A stretch of 64,000 bases of DNA, taken from Myxococcales bacterium. GTDB taxonomy: Bacteria > Myxococcota_A > Polyangia > Polyangiales > Ga0077539. Location of the stretch: the NCBI GenBank assembly GCA_030652255.1, contig JAUSAZ010000012.1:81049-145048 (forward strand), in the 5' to 3' direction. Of the stretch, positions 15,916 through 26,145 are shown in pieces; within the stretch, counting starts at the first letter, position 1, and each line of letters begins with the position of its first letter. Made by a program: the position numbers and the translations under genes. Below the pieces are notes generated by a model that saw only the letters and a list, made by a program, of their open reading frames with translations, did no database searches and was not told where the DNA came from.

Positions 15916-17886
15916 TCAGTCCCACCAGATGCGGGGCCGGGTGGCCATGGGGTGCCCGTCGACGGAGACCTCGACGACGCACGATCCCCGCGCCGCCGGG
16001 GCCGTCACCTCGACGCTCGTCTCTCCCTCCCCGACGACCGCCGGCCCGAGCGAGCCATCGCCCGCCAGCAGCCGGAACGTCACCTGCGCACCCACCGCGG
16101 GGCTGCCGTCGGGGCCGCGCGGGGTGACCCGTAGCCGAACCGTCGATGCGCCGTCGGCCGGGCGCCGCCGCGCGGGGGGCTCCACCACGATGCTCGGCGG
16201 CTCGACCACGAGGTGGGTGCGCCCGGCCGCGACGTCCCGCAGCACCTGCACGGTGCCCGACGGCCAGCGGATGGTGACCTCCTCCGCCGCGTTGGCCTCG
16301 CCGACGCCGACGAACAGCAGCGGGTTCGTGAAGACCTGCGGCGGGGCCATCGCGCCTACCAGGTGGTGCTGCACCCGCGCCGACGCCGTGGCGCGCACCT
16401 CCACCCGCGCCCCGACGCCGAGCGCGTTGCTGGTCGTGCCGCGCAGCCGCAGGCCGAAGCCGTTGCGCCCGGGGCGGAGGTCGTTGCGGTAGACCCGCGC
16501 CGGCGCGCCCCGTCCGCCCACCACCAGGTCGGGGTCGCCGTCCGCGTCGAGGTCGCCCACCGACAGCGAGCGCCAGTCGCCCCCGCGGTCGAGCCCGAGC
16601 GCCCCGTCGACCTCGCCCATGCAGAAGTCGCCGTCGCCGTGGAGGTGCACCGAGGTCCACTGCGGTCCGATCGGGGCCTCGGTCGGGAGCGTGTTGTGGT
16701 TGCCGTGGGTGACGACGGTGTCCTGGCGCCCGTCCCGGTCGAGGTCGAGGTACGCGACGGCCCAGGGCTTCTGGGCCACGCCGAGCGACCCGAGGAGCGT
16801 GCCCATCCCGCCTGCGTCGGGCACCAGGGCGAGCGGGATCTGGTCGCCGCCGCGCCACAGATGGAAGCGGGGGTCGCCCGTGATCGCGAGCTCGAAGCGC
16901 CCGTCCTGGTCGAGGTCCGCGATGGCAGCCCCCATCGGCCCGCCGATGGACCCCGCGACCACGGGCATCGGCTGGAAGGTGGGGTAGGCCTCGCCGTCGA
17001 CGGGCCCCTCCGCGAAGAACACCGGCGCGTCGAGCTCGCAGCCGCCGTGGTTGCCCACCGCGCCTACCACGCGCCGCCCGCCGAGCGGCCCCATGAAGAG
17101 CGTCCCCTCGCCCACCCGCACGCGCGCGGGCACCAGCGCGGGTCGCTCCTCGAAGCGGCGCGGCGCGGTCTGCAGGAAGGCCCGCACCGTCGGCTGCGCC
17201 CCGCACGGGCTCCGCAGCTCGGCGCCCACCAGCACGTCGATCCAGCCGTCGTGATCGATGTCGTCGAGCCACATCGCGCCCGCGCCGATGGCGCCGGTTT
17301 CCAGCAGCGGCACGAAGGCCCCGGCCCCGCCCCACAGCACCGGCGGAACGCCCGAGCCAGGCCCCTCCCCCGTCCCGACGACGTCGTCGCGGCCGTCGCC
17401 GTCGAGGTCGACGATGCCCCGCGCCGGCGCCGCGAGCCACGGACCCTCGTGCCGCGCGAGCGTGCCCGACGCGGCGTCGTAGCGGTACCCGACGGAGCCC
17501 GTCGGGTCGCCCTGCGTCGCATACAAGATGTCCGGCGCCCCGTCGGCGTCGACGTCGCCGATGGTCGCGTGCGAGAGCACGGCGGACCCGAAGGGTGGGG
17601 CCGGCGGCACCGTCGGCAGCGTCGCCTCGACGGCCGCCGTGAGGTCCGTGAATCCCCCCGCGATCACCCCCGCCGCGATGACCTCCGCGCACGCGTTGGG
17701 CGCAGCGCCGCTGTCGGCCCCGCGGGCCTCGGGCCGATCGTCGGCCACCGGGACCCCGGCGTCGGAGGCCGCGCTCCGCTCCACCTCGCAGCCCACCGTG
17801 AGGGCCCAGGCCACCGGGCCCAGGCACCAGACGCCAACGCGGCAGGCTCCGCGGCGAGATCGCATCGCCCGCGGATCATAACCCAC
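15916..17886 (-). CDS. CRTAC1-family protein (FG-GAP/VCBS repeats + ASPIC/UnbV domain), lipoprotein
   Basis: Lipobox 'WALTVGC'. Repeated 'DxDxDGxxD' Ca-binding FG-GAP loops (DVDADGAPD, DLDGDGRDD, DIDHDGWID, DLDRDGRQD, DLDADGDPD). C-terminal 'NGFGLRLRGTTSNALGVGARVEV...IRWPSGTVQVL' matches ASPIC/UnbV. Confidence 0.8.
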   Translation of the reverse strand: MGYDPRAMRSRRGACRVGVWCLGPVAWALTVGCEVERSAASDAGVPVADDRPEARGADSGAAPNACAEVIAAGVIAGGFTDLTAAVEATLPTVPPAPPFGSAVLSHATIGDVDADGAPDILYATQGDPTGSVGYRYDAASGTLARHEGPWLAAPARGIVDLDGDGRDDVVGTGEGPGSGVPPVLWGGAGAFVPLLETGAIGAGAMWLDDIDHDGWIDVLVGAELRSPCGAQPTVRAFLQTAPRRFEERPALVPARVRVGEGTLFMGPLGGRRVVGAVGNHGGCELDAPVFFAEGPVDGEAYPTFQPMPVVAGSIGGPMGAAIADLDQDGRFELAITGDPRFHLWRGGDQIPLALVPDAGGMGTLLGSLGVAQKPWAVAYLDLDRDGRQDTVVTHGNHNTLPTEAPIGPQWTSVHLHGDGDFCMGEVDGALGLDRGGDWRSLSVGDLDADGDPDLVVGGRGAPARVYRNDLRPGRNGFGLRLRGTTSNALGVGARVEVRATASARVQHHLVGAMAPPQVFTNPLLFVGVGEANAAEEVTIRWPSGTVQVLRDVAAGRTHLVVEPPSIVVEPPARRRPADGASTVRLRVTPRGPDGSPAVGAQVTFRLLAGDGSLGPAVVGEGETSVEVTAPAARGSCVVEVSVDGHPMATRPRIWWD

Positions 17887-17895
17887 GACCTTCGC

Positions 17896-19776
17896 TCAGG
17901 GGTCGTCGTGCTCGGGGAGCTGCAACACCCCCGGGTGCAGGTGCTCGTACGCCGCCCTCGCGCGCATGGGCCCCACCTTCGGCACCGCGGCGATCTCCGC
18001 GTAGGTCGCCTCGGCCACGCCCGCCACGCTCCCGAACTTCCTCAGCAGCGCCCTCGCCGCCACCGGCCCGAGGCCCGGCAGCCCGTCGAGCTCGCTGCGC
18101 AGGCGCTTCTTGTGGTGCAGCGCCTCGCGGGTCTTGTTGGCGAAGCGGTGGGCCTCGTCGCGCGCCCGCGCCAGAAGCACCAGCGCGGGGCCGTTGTCCC
18201 GGATGGTCACCGGGTTCTTGCGACCCGGCTGGTACACCCGGTCGACCACCTTCTCGCCGAGCACGTTCTCGCGCTCCTTGGCGAGCGAGCACACGGGCAT
18301 GTCGGTGATCCCGAGCTCCTGGAGCACCGTCACGGCGATGTTGAGCTGCCCCCTCCCACCGTCGACCACGAAGAGGTCCGGCAGCTCCCAGCCCTGCTCC
18401 TTGTCCCTGCCTCGCCGGAAGCGCCGGGAGAGCACCTCATACATGGCCCGGTAATCGTCGCCGGTGTTCTCGGTGCGCACGTGGAAGCCCTTGTACCCGC
18501 GCTTGTAGGCCACGCCGTCGAGCAGGCACACCACCGCGCCGACGGTCTCGGCGCCCGCGTGGTGCGAGATGTCCACGCACTCGATGGTGCGCGGGGGCTC
18601 CTCCAGGTCGAGCGCGCGGGCCAGGGCCTCCGCCTGCCCCCCGGCGCTCGCCACCGCCATGCGCTTCTCGCGGAAGGCGTGGCGCGCGTTCTCCATGGCC
18701 ATGGCCAGCAGCGGCGCGGCGCTCCCCTCACCGGGCTCCGGCTTCACCAGGATGCGCACCTCCTTGCCGCGCAGCTCGCTCAGCCACTCGGCGACGCCCG
18801 CGCTGCCCTCGGGCTCGAGCGGCAGCACCACCTCGTCGGGGATGGTGGCTCCCTCGCCCGCGTAGCGCCCGGTGAGCACCTGCGAGACGAGCTCGTCGTC
18901 GGGCAGCTCGGCCCGGCCGAACACCAGCGATTGTGTGTCGCGCACGAAGCCGTTGCGCACCAGCAGCAGCGTGACGACCACCCCGTCGCCCTCGCGGTAG
19001 AGCCCCACGATGTCGCGGTCGACGTCGCTCACCTCCGCCACGCGCTGCGTCTCGGTGACCGCCGCCACCGCCGTGATCTGATCGCGCAGCCGCGCCGCGC
19101 GCTCGAACTCCATCGCCGCCGAGGCCGCGCGCATCTCCGCCTCGAGCGTCGCCACGAGCTCGCGCGTGCGCCCCCCGAGGAACATCTCCACGTACTCCAC
19201 CTGCGCCGCGTACTCCTCCGGGGCGACGGGCAGCACGCACGGCGCCGCGCAGCGCTTGATCTGGTACTCCAGGCAGGGCCGGGTGCGCGACGCGAACTCC
19301 TCGTTGTCGCAGGTGCGCAGCTGGAAGTGCCGGTTGATGGTCTTGAGCGTGCGCCGCGCCTCGGTCGCGCTGGGGTACGGCCCGAAGTACACGGCGCCGT
19401 CGGCCCGCGGGCGCCGCATCACCTCCAGCCGGGGCCACGCGGCGCGCTTGTCGAGCCGCACGGAGAGGTAGTCCTTGTCGTCCCGGAGGCGGACGTTGTA
19501 CCGCGGGCGGTGCTGCTTGATGAGGGAGTTCTCGAGCAGCACGGCCTCCTTCTCGGTGGCCGTGACGACGGTCTCGATGTCGCCGAGCACGCGGTCGAGC
19601 AGCGGGATGAAATAGCGGTAGTCCGAGCTGTTGGCCTGGAAGTACTGCCGCACACGCTGCCGCAGCGAGCGCGCCTTCCCGACGTACACCACCGCCCCCT
19701 TCTTGTTCTTGAACAGGTAGCAGCCGGGGGACGTGGGCAGCGTGTCGAGCCGCGCCCGGAGCTCTTCCTCTCGCAT
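17896..19776 (-). CDS. uvrC: Excinuclease ABC subunit C
   Basis: GIY-YIG N-terminus 'PGCYLFKNKKGAVVYVGKARSLRQRVRQYF', a UVR domain, and a C-terminal (HhH)2 'LDGLPGLGPVAARALLRKFGS'. 626 aa. Confidence 0.95.
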   Translation of the reverse strand: MREEELRARLDTLPTSPGCYLFKNKKGAVVYVGKARSLRQRVRQYFQANSSDYRYFIPLLDRVLGDIETVVTATEKEAVLLENSLIKQHRPRYNVRLRDDKDYLSVRLDKRAAWPRLEVMRRPRADGAVYFGPYPSATEARRTLKTINRHFQLRTCDNEEFASRTRPCLEYQIKRCAAPCVLPVAPEEYAAQVEYVEMFLGGRTRELVATLEAEMRAASAAMEFERAARLRDQITAVAAVTETQRVAEVSDVDRDIVGLYREGDGVVVTLLLVRNGFVRDTQSLVFGRAELPDDELVSQVLTGRYAGEGATIPDEVVLPLEPEGSAGVAEWLSELRGKEVRILVKPEPGEGSAAPLLAMAMENARHAFREKRMAVASAGGQAEALARALDLEEPPRTIECVDISHHAGAETVGAVVCLLDGVAYKRGYKGFHVRTENTGDDYRAMYEVLSRRFRRGRDKEQGWELPDLFVVDGGRGQLNIAVTVLQELGITDMPVCSLAKERENVLGEKVVDRVYQPGRKNPVTIRDNGPALVLLARARDEAHRFANKTREALHHKKRLRSELDGLPGLGPVAARALLRKFGSVAGVAEATYAEIAAVPKVGPMRARAAYEHLHPGVLQLPEHDDP

Positions 19777-19868
19777 CAGGCGCGGAGTCTACGGTCCGCG
19801 GCGGCCGCGGTCGATCGCGGGCGCGACGGGGTTTTATCGCCGCGGTGTCTCTGGCATCCTGCGCCGCA

Positions 19869-20843
19869 ATGTCCACCGCTCGCGCGTCGTCCCTCGTGTT
19901 GTCCCTGGCGCTCGTCGCCGCGTGCTCGTCGCGGCCGCCGCCCCGCCCCGTCACCCCGCTGCGACCCCCGGAGCCCATGGCGCTGACGCTCCCCGAGGTG
20001 CGCGTCTCCCACGCCGCGTGGGCGGCACCGACGCCGCCGACCTTCGCGGCCCCCACGTCGCGCCGCACCCCGCGCCGCAGCCCGATGACCATGGAGATGG
20101 CCCTGCCGGTGCTCGTGTCCACCAACGAGCCCGTGCGCGCCTGCTACAAGGCCTTCCTGGCGTTCTCGCCGCAGGCGGGCGGCTCCATCGTCACGCTCAT
20201 CACCGTCGGCGGCAACGGCGCCGTCAGCGACGTCGAGACCATCGGCACGCCCGACCCCTCCCTCGCCATCATGTCGCAGTGCGTGCTCACGGCGCTGCGC
20301 ACCCGGCGCTTCCCCGCGGTGGGCGCGCCGACGCTGATGTCCTTCCCCTTCAGCTTCCGCAGCGGCGAGATCAACGGCCAGACCCTCCCCTCCCCGGTGC
20401 TGCCGGCGCCTCGGCCCAACGAGATGCAGGTGCCCAACTCCGAGAACATCACCGTGCGCCCGTGGCGCCCGGCGCTCATCCCGGCGAGCAACCCGGCCCC
20501 GCGGATGACCCGCGAGCTCGTCGACGCCGTCGTGCCCGACGTGCAGTCCCTCGCCGACACCTGCTACGCCGCCACCCTCGTGATGAACCCCGCCGCGGCG
20601 GGCGATTTCACCCTGCGCGTGGCGGTCGAGCCCTCGGGCAACGTCAACCGCCTCGACATCACGCCCCCGGAGTTTCCGTCGCCGATGCGCGACTGCGTGG
20701 TCACCCTCGGGCGGCAGCTGCACTTCCACCCCAGCCTCACGGGCGCCATCGTGACGATCCCCGTCTCGCTCCGCCTGGTCGAGGGCGACGCCACGGCCAC
20801 CTCCGGCGCCACCGCCGGCGGCCTCATGCCCGTCGCCCGCTGA
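19869..20843 (+). CDS. Lipoprotein with two AgmX/PglI-C (TonB-C-like) domains
   Basis: Lipobox 'LSLALVAAC' (start at the internal ATG at 19869). Two copies of a 'C-Y...G.(I/F)T(L)...V...G.V..(V/L)...P....(M)..C(V)......(F)P...' module, at residues about 85-160 and 225-300. Confidence 0.6.
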   Translation: MSTARASSLVLSLALVAACSSRPPPRPVTPLRPPEPMALTLPEVRVSHAAWAAPTPPTFAAPTSRRTPRRSPMTMEMALPVLVSTNEPVRACYKAFLAFSPQAGGSIVTLITVGGNGAVSDVETIGTPDPSLAIMSQCVLTALRTRRFPAVGAPTLMSFPFSFRSGEINGQTLPSPVLPAPRPNEMQVPNSENITVRPWRPALIPASNPAPRMTRELVDAVVPDVQSLADTCYAATLVMNPAAAGDFTLRVAVEPSGNVNRLDITPPEFPSPMRDCVVTLGRQLHFHPSLTGAIVTIPVSLRLVEGDATATSGATAGGLMPVAR

Positions 20844-20857
20844 CCCTCCCTCCCGCT

Positions 20858-21535
20858 TCAGCCCCGCAGCAGGCGGTACGCCGCGATCACCGCGCGCAGC
20901 CGGTCGACCCGGGCGCGCGAGTCGTCGTGCGGGTGCCGGTCGGGGTGCAGCGCGAGCACGAGCTCCTGGAAGCGCCGACGCAGGGCCGCCGCCCCGGGGT
21001 CGCGCTCGAAGCCCAGCGCCGCGAGGGCCTCGACGCGCGCCGGGTCGACCGCGCTACGCCCATGGTCCCGCCGCCGCGGTCGTCCGTGGAAGGTCTCCGT
21101 CGCCCCGAGCGGCGCCTGCTCCGCGGCCCCCTCGGGCAGCGCCCGCGCGGAGCGAAACCGCAGCGCCGCGTCGCCCACGCGATAGAGCGAATCGAGGCGC
21201 GCGAGGCGCTGGGCGTCGAGCACCCGGTCGCGGGCCGCGGAGCTCACCACCCGGCGCCAGACCAGCGACTGGCCGATGCGAAACCCGCGGTCTCGCCCGA
21301 CGCCCCACGCGCCCTCGACGGCGGAGCGCGAGGCGAGGCCCGCGGCGACGGCGAGGTCGCCGAAGCGGCGCGCGTCGGCGCTCGACTCGACGGCCTGCAC
21401 GGCACCGGCGCGGAGGTGGACCCGGTGCACCTGGGCGGCCTCGATGAGCTCCAGGGTGCCGGTGGCGTGCGCGCGGCGCAGGTCGGCGAGGAGGTCGCCG
21501 AGGGTGGTGTCACCGAGCCTGGAGGGGAGCGTCAT
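20858..21535 (-). CDS. DUF4388 (PatA-like N-domain) + C-terminal J-domain protein
   Basis: Only the last 225 codons of the 1132-aa ORF 20858..24256 are protein-like. 'LGDTTLGDLLADLRRAHATGTLEL' is a DUF4388-like start. C-terminal 'LRRRFQELVLALHPDRHP' carries the J-domain HPD motif. Confidence 0.65.
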   Translation of the reverse strand: MTLPSRLGDTTLGDLLADLRRAHATGTLELIEAAQVHRVHLRAGAVQAVESSADARRFGDLAVAAGLASRSAVEGAWGVGRDRGFRIGQSLVWRRVVSSAARDRVLDAQRLARLDSLYRVGDAALRFRSARALPEGAAEQAPLGATETFHGRPRRRDHGRSAVDPARVEALAALGFERDPGAAALRRRFQELVLALHPDRHPHDDSRARVDRLRAVIAAYRLLRG

Positions 21536-21588
21536 CACGGCGCCCGCAGACGTAGCAGCGCGGCGGTCGCGACCCGAAGTTCGCGACG

Positions 21589-22350
21589 TCAGCCGCGGAG
21601 CAGGTCGACCGCAATCTTGACGACGAGGCAGATCACCACGGCGAGCACCACCCAGCGCACGAAGCGGTCGCCCCGGCGCACCGCGAGCCGCGCCCCGAAG
21701 GCCCCGCCCAGGAACTGCGCCGCCGCCATCGGGAGCGCGACCTCCCAGCGCACGACTCCCTGCGACGCGAAGATGGCGAGGGCGGCGAGGTTGGAGGCGA
21801 AGTTCACGACCTTGGCGTTGGCGCTCGCGCGGGCCATCGCCTCGCGCAGCCAGGTCACGTACGAGAGGATGAGGAAGGTCCCGGTGCCGGGCCCGAAGAA
21901 GCCGTCGTAGGTGCCGATGACGAGGGCGATGGCCATGGCGCGGCGCTGCGGCGAGGCGCCCGGGGGCAGCGGCTCGGTGGGCGCGGCGACGTCGCGCCGG
22001 AGGGTGAGCCGCACCGCGACCAGCACCAGCAGCACGAGCACCACGGGGCGCAGCAGGTCGCGCGGCACCTGGAGCACGAGCCACGCGCCGGCGAGGGACC
22101 CGACGAAGCCGAAGAGGAAGGAGGCGGCGACGCGGGTGCGGTCGATCACCCCGAGGCGCCAGTAGTTCACGAGGGCGCTGAAGCTGCCGAAGGTCGACTG
22201 GCCCTTGTTGGTGCCGAGCGCGAGCTGCGGGGGGAGGCCCGCGGCGAGCAGCGCCGGGAGGGTGATGAGCCCGCCGCCGCCCGCGATGGCGTCGACGACC
22301 CCTGCGGCGAAGGCGGCCGCGACGAGGGCGGCCGTGACCGGGAGGTCCAT
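21589..22350 (-). CDS. TSUP-family (TauE/SafE) anion exporter
   Basis: 'GVVDAIAGGGGLITLPALLAAGLPPQLALGTNK' and the internal repeat 'GFFGPGTGTFLIL' are hallmark TSUP motifs. About 8 TM segments. Confidence 0.85.
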   Translation of the reverse strand: MDLPVTAALVAAAFAAGVVDAIAGGGGLITLPALLAAGLPPQLALGTNKGQSTFGSFSALVNYWRLGVIDRTRVAASFLFGFVGSLAGAWLVLQVPRDLLRPVVLVLLVLVAVRLTLRRDVAAPTEPLPPGASPQRRAMAIALVIGTYDGFFGPGTGTFLILSYVTWLREAMARASANAKVVNFASNLAALAIFASQGVVRWEVALPMAAAQFLGGAFGARLAVRRGDRFVRWVVLAVVICLVVKIAVDLLRG

Positions 22351-22353
22351 CGA

Positions 22354-23889
22354 CTACGCGAGCGGCCCGACCGCGGCGAGGAGCGAGCCGTCGGCCAGGG
22401 CGGCGTCGGCGAGGCGGAAGTCGGGCGCGAGCGCGCGGTCGGCGACGAGCGTGGGGACGAGCCCGCGCAGGTGCGCGTGGGCGGCGGCGACGCCGCGACC
22501 GGGCTTGAGGGGGAGGCGCGAGTCGAGGCCCTGCGCGGCGGCGAGCATCTCGATGGCGACGGCCATGCGGGAGTTGCGCAGCACGCGCGCGGCCTTGAGG
22601 GCGGAGGTGGCGCCCATGGAGACGTGGTCCTCGCGGCCGGCCGACGAGGGGATGGAGTCGACGCTCGCGGGGTGGCAGAGGATCTTGTTCTCGGTGACGA
22701 GCGACGCCGCGGTGACCTGGGCGATCATGAAGCCCGAGTCGAGCCCCGTGTGCGGCGCGAGGAAGGGCGGCAGCCCCGACGAGAGGGCCGGGTTGACGAG
22801 CTGCTCCACGCGGCGCTCGGAGATGTTGGCGAGCTCGGCGCAGGCCATCGCGAGGAGGTCGAGCGCGAAGGCCAGCGGCTGCCCGTGGAAGTTGCCGCCG
22901 GAGACCACCTCCGCGCCGCCCTCGCCCACGAACACCAGCGGGTTGTCGGTGACGCTGTTCATCTCCCGGGCGAGCACCTCGCGCACCCAGCGCATGGCGT
23001 CGCGCGAGGCCCCGTGCACCTGCGGCATGCAGCGCAGGGAGTACGGGTCCTGCACCTTGCCGCAGTCGCGGTGGCTCTCGGCGATCTCGCTCTCCGCGAG
23101 CAGCCCGCGGAGGTTGCCCGCGACCTCCAGCGCGCCGGGGTGCGGGCGCACCGCGACCACCCGCTCCTCGAAGGGCCGCCCGCTGCCCTTGAGCGCCTCC
23201 AGGGACATCGCCCCGGCGACGTCGGCGCAGCGCGCGAGGGCCTCGGCGTCGTGCAGGGTGAGGGCCCCGTGCGCGAGCATGTACTGCGTGCCGTTGATGA
23301 GCGAGAGCCCCTCCTTGGCCTCGAGCGCGATGACCGCCACGCCCGCGCGCGCCATCGCCTCGGCCCCCGGGCTCGTCACGCCCTCGAACTCCGCGCTGCC
23401 CTCGCCGATGAGCACCGACGCGAGGTGCGCGAGCGGCGCGAGGTCGCCCGAGGCCCCGACGCTGCCCTGCGAGGGGATCACCGGGTGCACGCCCCGGTTG
23501 AGCATCGCGAGCAGGGTGTCGACCACGACGGGCCGCACGCCCGAGAAGCCCAGCGCGAGCACCTGCGCGCGCAGCAGCATCATCCCCCGCACGACCTCCT
23601 CGGGCAGCGGGTCGCCGACGCCGCACGAGTGGCTGCGCAGGAGGTTGTGCTGGAGCGTGCGGATGTCCCCGGGCGAGATGCGCGTCTCGGCGAGGGCGCC
23701 GAAGCCCGTGTTGACGCCGTAGACCCGCGGCGACTCGTCGCCCCCGGCCGCGATGGCGTCGATGGCCCGGCGGGCGGCGACGACCCGCGCCCGCGCCTCG
23801 TCGTCGAACGCGACGGGGACGCGCCGGCGCGCCACGGCCACGAGATCTTCCAGCGACAGCACCGACCCGACCTGCACCAGCTCGTTCAT
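22354..23889 (-). CDS. hutH: Histidine ammonia-lyase
   Basis: '[11 protein letters not shown]' and the MIO-forming '[15 protein letters not shown]' (Ala-Ser-Gly). 511 aa. Confidence 0.9.
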   Translation of the reverse strand: MNELVQVGSVLSLEDLVAVARRRVPVAFDDEARARVVAARRAIDAIAAGGDESPRVYGVNTGFGALAETRISPGDIRTLQHNLLRSHSCGVGDPLPEEVVRGMMLLRAQVLALGFSGVRPVVVDTLLAMLNRGVHPVIPSQGSVGASGDLAPLAHLASVLIGEGSAEFEGVTSPGAEAMARAGVAVIALEAKEGLSLINGTQYMLAHGALTLHDAEALARCADVAGAMSLEALKGSGRPFEERVVAVRPHPGALEVAGNLRGLLAESEIAESHRDCGKVQDPYSLRCMPQVHGASRDAMRWVREVLAREMNSVTDNPLVFVGEGGAEVVSGGNFHGQPLAFALDLLAMACAELANISERRVEQLVNPALSSGLPPFLAPHTGLDSGFMIAQVTAASLVTENKILCHPASVDSIPSSAGREDHVSMGATSALKAARVLRNSRMAVAIEMLAAAQGLDSRLPLKPGRGVAAAHAHLRGLVPTLVADRALAPDFRLADAALADGSLLAAVGPLA

Positions 23890-23933
23890 AGGGAGTCACA
23901 CGGTCTACACCACCGCTTCGGGCGCGGCATAGG

Positions 23934-24800
23934 ATGGGGGCCGCGATGCGGACCCGAGGCTGGCTTGGACTGTCGGTGCTCGGGGCGTGCTCCGACCCGC
24001 TGCCCTCGCCCTCCACGGTGGACGTCCTGCGCATCCTGGCGCTCACCACCGAGACGCCGGAGGTGCGCCCCGGCGCGGCGATCTCGGCGCGAGCGGTGTG
24101 GGCCGACCCCGTAGGCGGACGCACCATCCATTGGCGCTGGCGGCTCTGCGACCCCGGCGCGGCCGACGACCCGCGGGTCTGCGCCCGGCCGGACGGGGCC
24201 ACGGAGCTGGCGTCCGGCGAGGTCGACCGCGTGGAGGTGCCCGCCGCGAACCTCACGCTGCGCCCGGCGGAGACGGAGCGAACGTGGGTGCTCTACGCGA
24301 TCGCGTGCCCCGGGGCCGACGCGGTGATCGACCCCGGCGAGGCGCGCCTGGTGTGCCCGCGGGGGGACGGCTCGGAGGCCTTCCGCCGGGTGACGGTGCG
24401 CGCGACGGCGCCGCTCAACCGACCGCCGCGCATCGCGGCATGGAGTATCGGGCGCGCGGGCGCATCGACTCCGCTGGAGGACGGCGCCTCGGTGTCCGTG
24501 GGGTCGCTCGCGGCCTGTGACGGGGACTGTCCCCCGCTGACCCTCACGCTGACGCCCGCCCCCGACGCGGCCGAGGCCTTCGACGGCGGCGCCGAGTCGC
24601 TGATGGCGTCCGTGTACGTCGGCTCCGGGACGGTCGCCCCGCCGCGGGTGGTGACCGACCCCGGCGCGGCGGCGCCGATGGTCGCGCGCTGGACGCCGGG
24701 ACGAGTAGTGCTGGGAGGGGAGGTTGCCCGGGTGTGGGCGGTGCTGCGGGATCAGCGGGGCGGAGAGGCGGTGCGCGCGGTGACGATCACGGCGCGCTGA
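23934..24800 (+). CDS. Hypothetical lipoprotein
   Basis: Lipobox 'LSVLGAC'. Composition is protein-like, with conserved-looking Cys pairs. No family recognised. Confidence 0.55.
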   Translation: MGAAMRTRGWLGLSVLGACSDPLPSPSTVDVLRILALTTETPEVRPGAAISARAVWADPVGGRTIHWRWRLCDPGAADDPRVCARPDGATELASGEVDRVEVPAANLTLRPAETERTWVLYAIACPGADAVIDPGEARLVCPRGDGSEAFRRVTVRATAPLNRPPRIAAWSIGRAGASTPLEDGASVSVGSLAACDGDCPPLTLTLTPAPDAAEAFDGGAESLMASVYVGSGTVAPPRVVTDPGAAAPMVARWTPGRVVLGGEVARVWAVLRDQRGGEAVRAVTITAR

Positions 24801-24803
24801 GGA

Positions 24804-25826
24804 TCACTGGCAGCGGGCGTTGACGCAGGTGCGGCCGGCGGCGCAGTTGGCGGAGCGGGCGCACTCGGGGCGCTGCTCGTTGGTGCTGGTGCAGAGCGAG
24901 CGGCCCATGGTGTCGGTCGCGCAGAGGTTGAACTGCACGTCGACGGTCATGCAGGCGCCGTCGGGCATCGTGGTCGGCATCGGGCAGAGCCGGCGGCACG
25001 CGCCGTTGTTGCAGACCGACTCCGCGTTGCACTGCGAGTCCATGGTGCAGAAGGGGCGCGGGCGGGTGTCGACCCGGCACACGCCGCCGAGGCAGATCTG
25101 GCCGCCGGCCGTGCACTGGGCGTCGGTGGTGCAGGTCGCGAGGCAGGTGCCGCTCACGCAGAGCTGGGCGCTGGTGCAGCGACCGCCGCAGTCGGTGGTG
25201 TTGTTCGTGGGGTAGGTGCAGCGGCCGCTGGTGCAGACCTGGCCCGCGGCGCAGACGGTGGCGACGTTGGCCGCGGTGCAGCCCCCGACGACGCACTGGC
25301 CGTCGACGCACGACTGGCCCGAGCCCGTGCACTGGTAGTCGAACCGGCACTGGTTGGCGGTGGGCTGGCAGGTGCCGCCGAGGCACACCGGGGTGGCGGG
25401 CGTCGCGGCGCACTGGGCGTCGGTGGTGCAGCCGCCGCCCGGCACGCAGCGACGCGCGGCGGCGTCGCAGACGAGGCCCGCGGAGACGCGGGCGCAGTCG
25501 GTGTTGGCGGTGCAGCCGGGGACGCAGGCGCCCCGGGAGGTCTCGCAGTAGGAGCCGCTGGGGCAGCTCGCGGTGGTGGTGCACGAGGGCGCCGGGGCGC
25601 AGCGGCCGCTGGCGCAGTAGCCGCTGGGACAGTCGCGGTCGACCATGCAGGCCCGGGGGCCGGTGTCGGTGACGATCGGGGGGTTGTCGGTCGGGGTCCC
25701 GGCGTCGGTGACCGGGATGGCGTTGGGGCCGTCGCCGTCTTCGCTCCAGACCGGGCAACCGAGCAGCCACGCGCCGAGGGAGCCGACGATCATGAAGGAT
25801 TGAATAGTGATGGGGTGCTTGCGCAT
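24804..25826 (-). CDS. Cys-rich secreted lipoprotein
   Basis: Start at the internal ATG at 25826: 'MRKHPITIQSFMIVGSLGAWLLGC' (lipobox). The body is made of repeated 'C...D..C..G..C..G.C' modules. Confidence 0.7.
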   Translation of the reverse strand: MRKHPITIQSFMIVGSLGAWLLGCPVWSEDGDGPNAIPVTDAGTPTDNPPIVTDTGPRACMVDRDCPSGYCASGRCAPAPSCTTTASCPSGSYCETSRGACVPGCTANTDCARVSAGLVCDAAARRCVPGGGCTTDAQCAATPATPVCLGGTCQPTANQCRFDYQCTGSGQSCVDGQCVVGGCTAANVATVCAAGQVCTSGRCTYPTNNTTDCGGRCTSAQLCVSGTCLATCTTDAQCTAGGQICLGGVCRVDTRPRPFCTMDSQCNAESVCNNGACRRLCPMPTTMPDGACMTVDVQFNLCATDTMGRSLCTSTNEQRPECARSANCAAGRTCVNARCQ

Positions 25827-26145
25827 GGCGACGCCTCCAGGACGGTTCAGCCCTCGGAACGGGCTCAAAGGGGTAGCGGTGAGGTTGCTGGGCTGCTTCG
25901 ACGGACCGTTTCAGCATCTCCCATGCCGTCGCTCAAGTCCCGCCAATCGTTCGCGCGGGTCGGAGCATCATCGACGGCGTGAATGGACGTTCATAGCGCC
26001 CCCGTGAACGATCGCCCAACGGTCGTGCCCGCTGGAGGTCGCGTGGCGGTACGCGCCGTCCGAGGGATCGCTGCTGTTGTTTCGCCACCGCGGAGGGCAG
26101 TCTGTTATCGTCCACGCCGCCGCGAGAAGAGGGCAGACCAAGCGC

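Noticed and set aside
16213-19986. 1257-aa + strand ORF, and similar long ORFs at 25933-28509 (-), 46341-48653 (+), 52347-55622 (-), 49811-52315 (-), 37529-39544 (-) and 41731-43770 (-)
   Set aside because: All are antisense or out of frame relative to genes with diagnostic motifs (uvrC, CRTAC1-like, ZnR-TPR, norB, katG, pssA and others). All have Arg/Gly/Ala/Pro-dominated translations.
20858-24256. 1132-aa minus-strand ORF spanning three genes
   Set aside because: Only its last 225 codons (DUF4388 + J-domain) are protein-like. The rest overlaps the clearly recognisable TSUP and hutH genes, which are read in other minus-strand frames.
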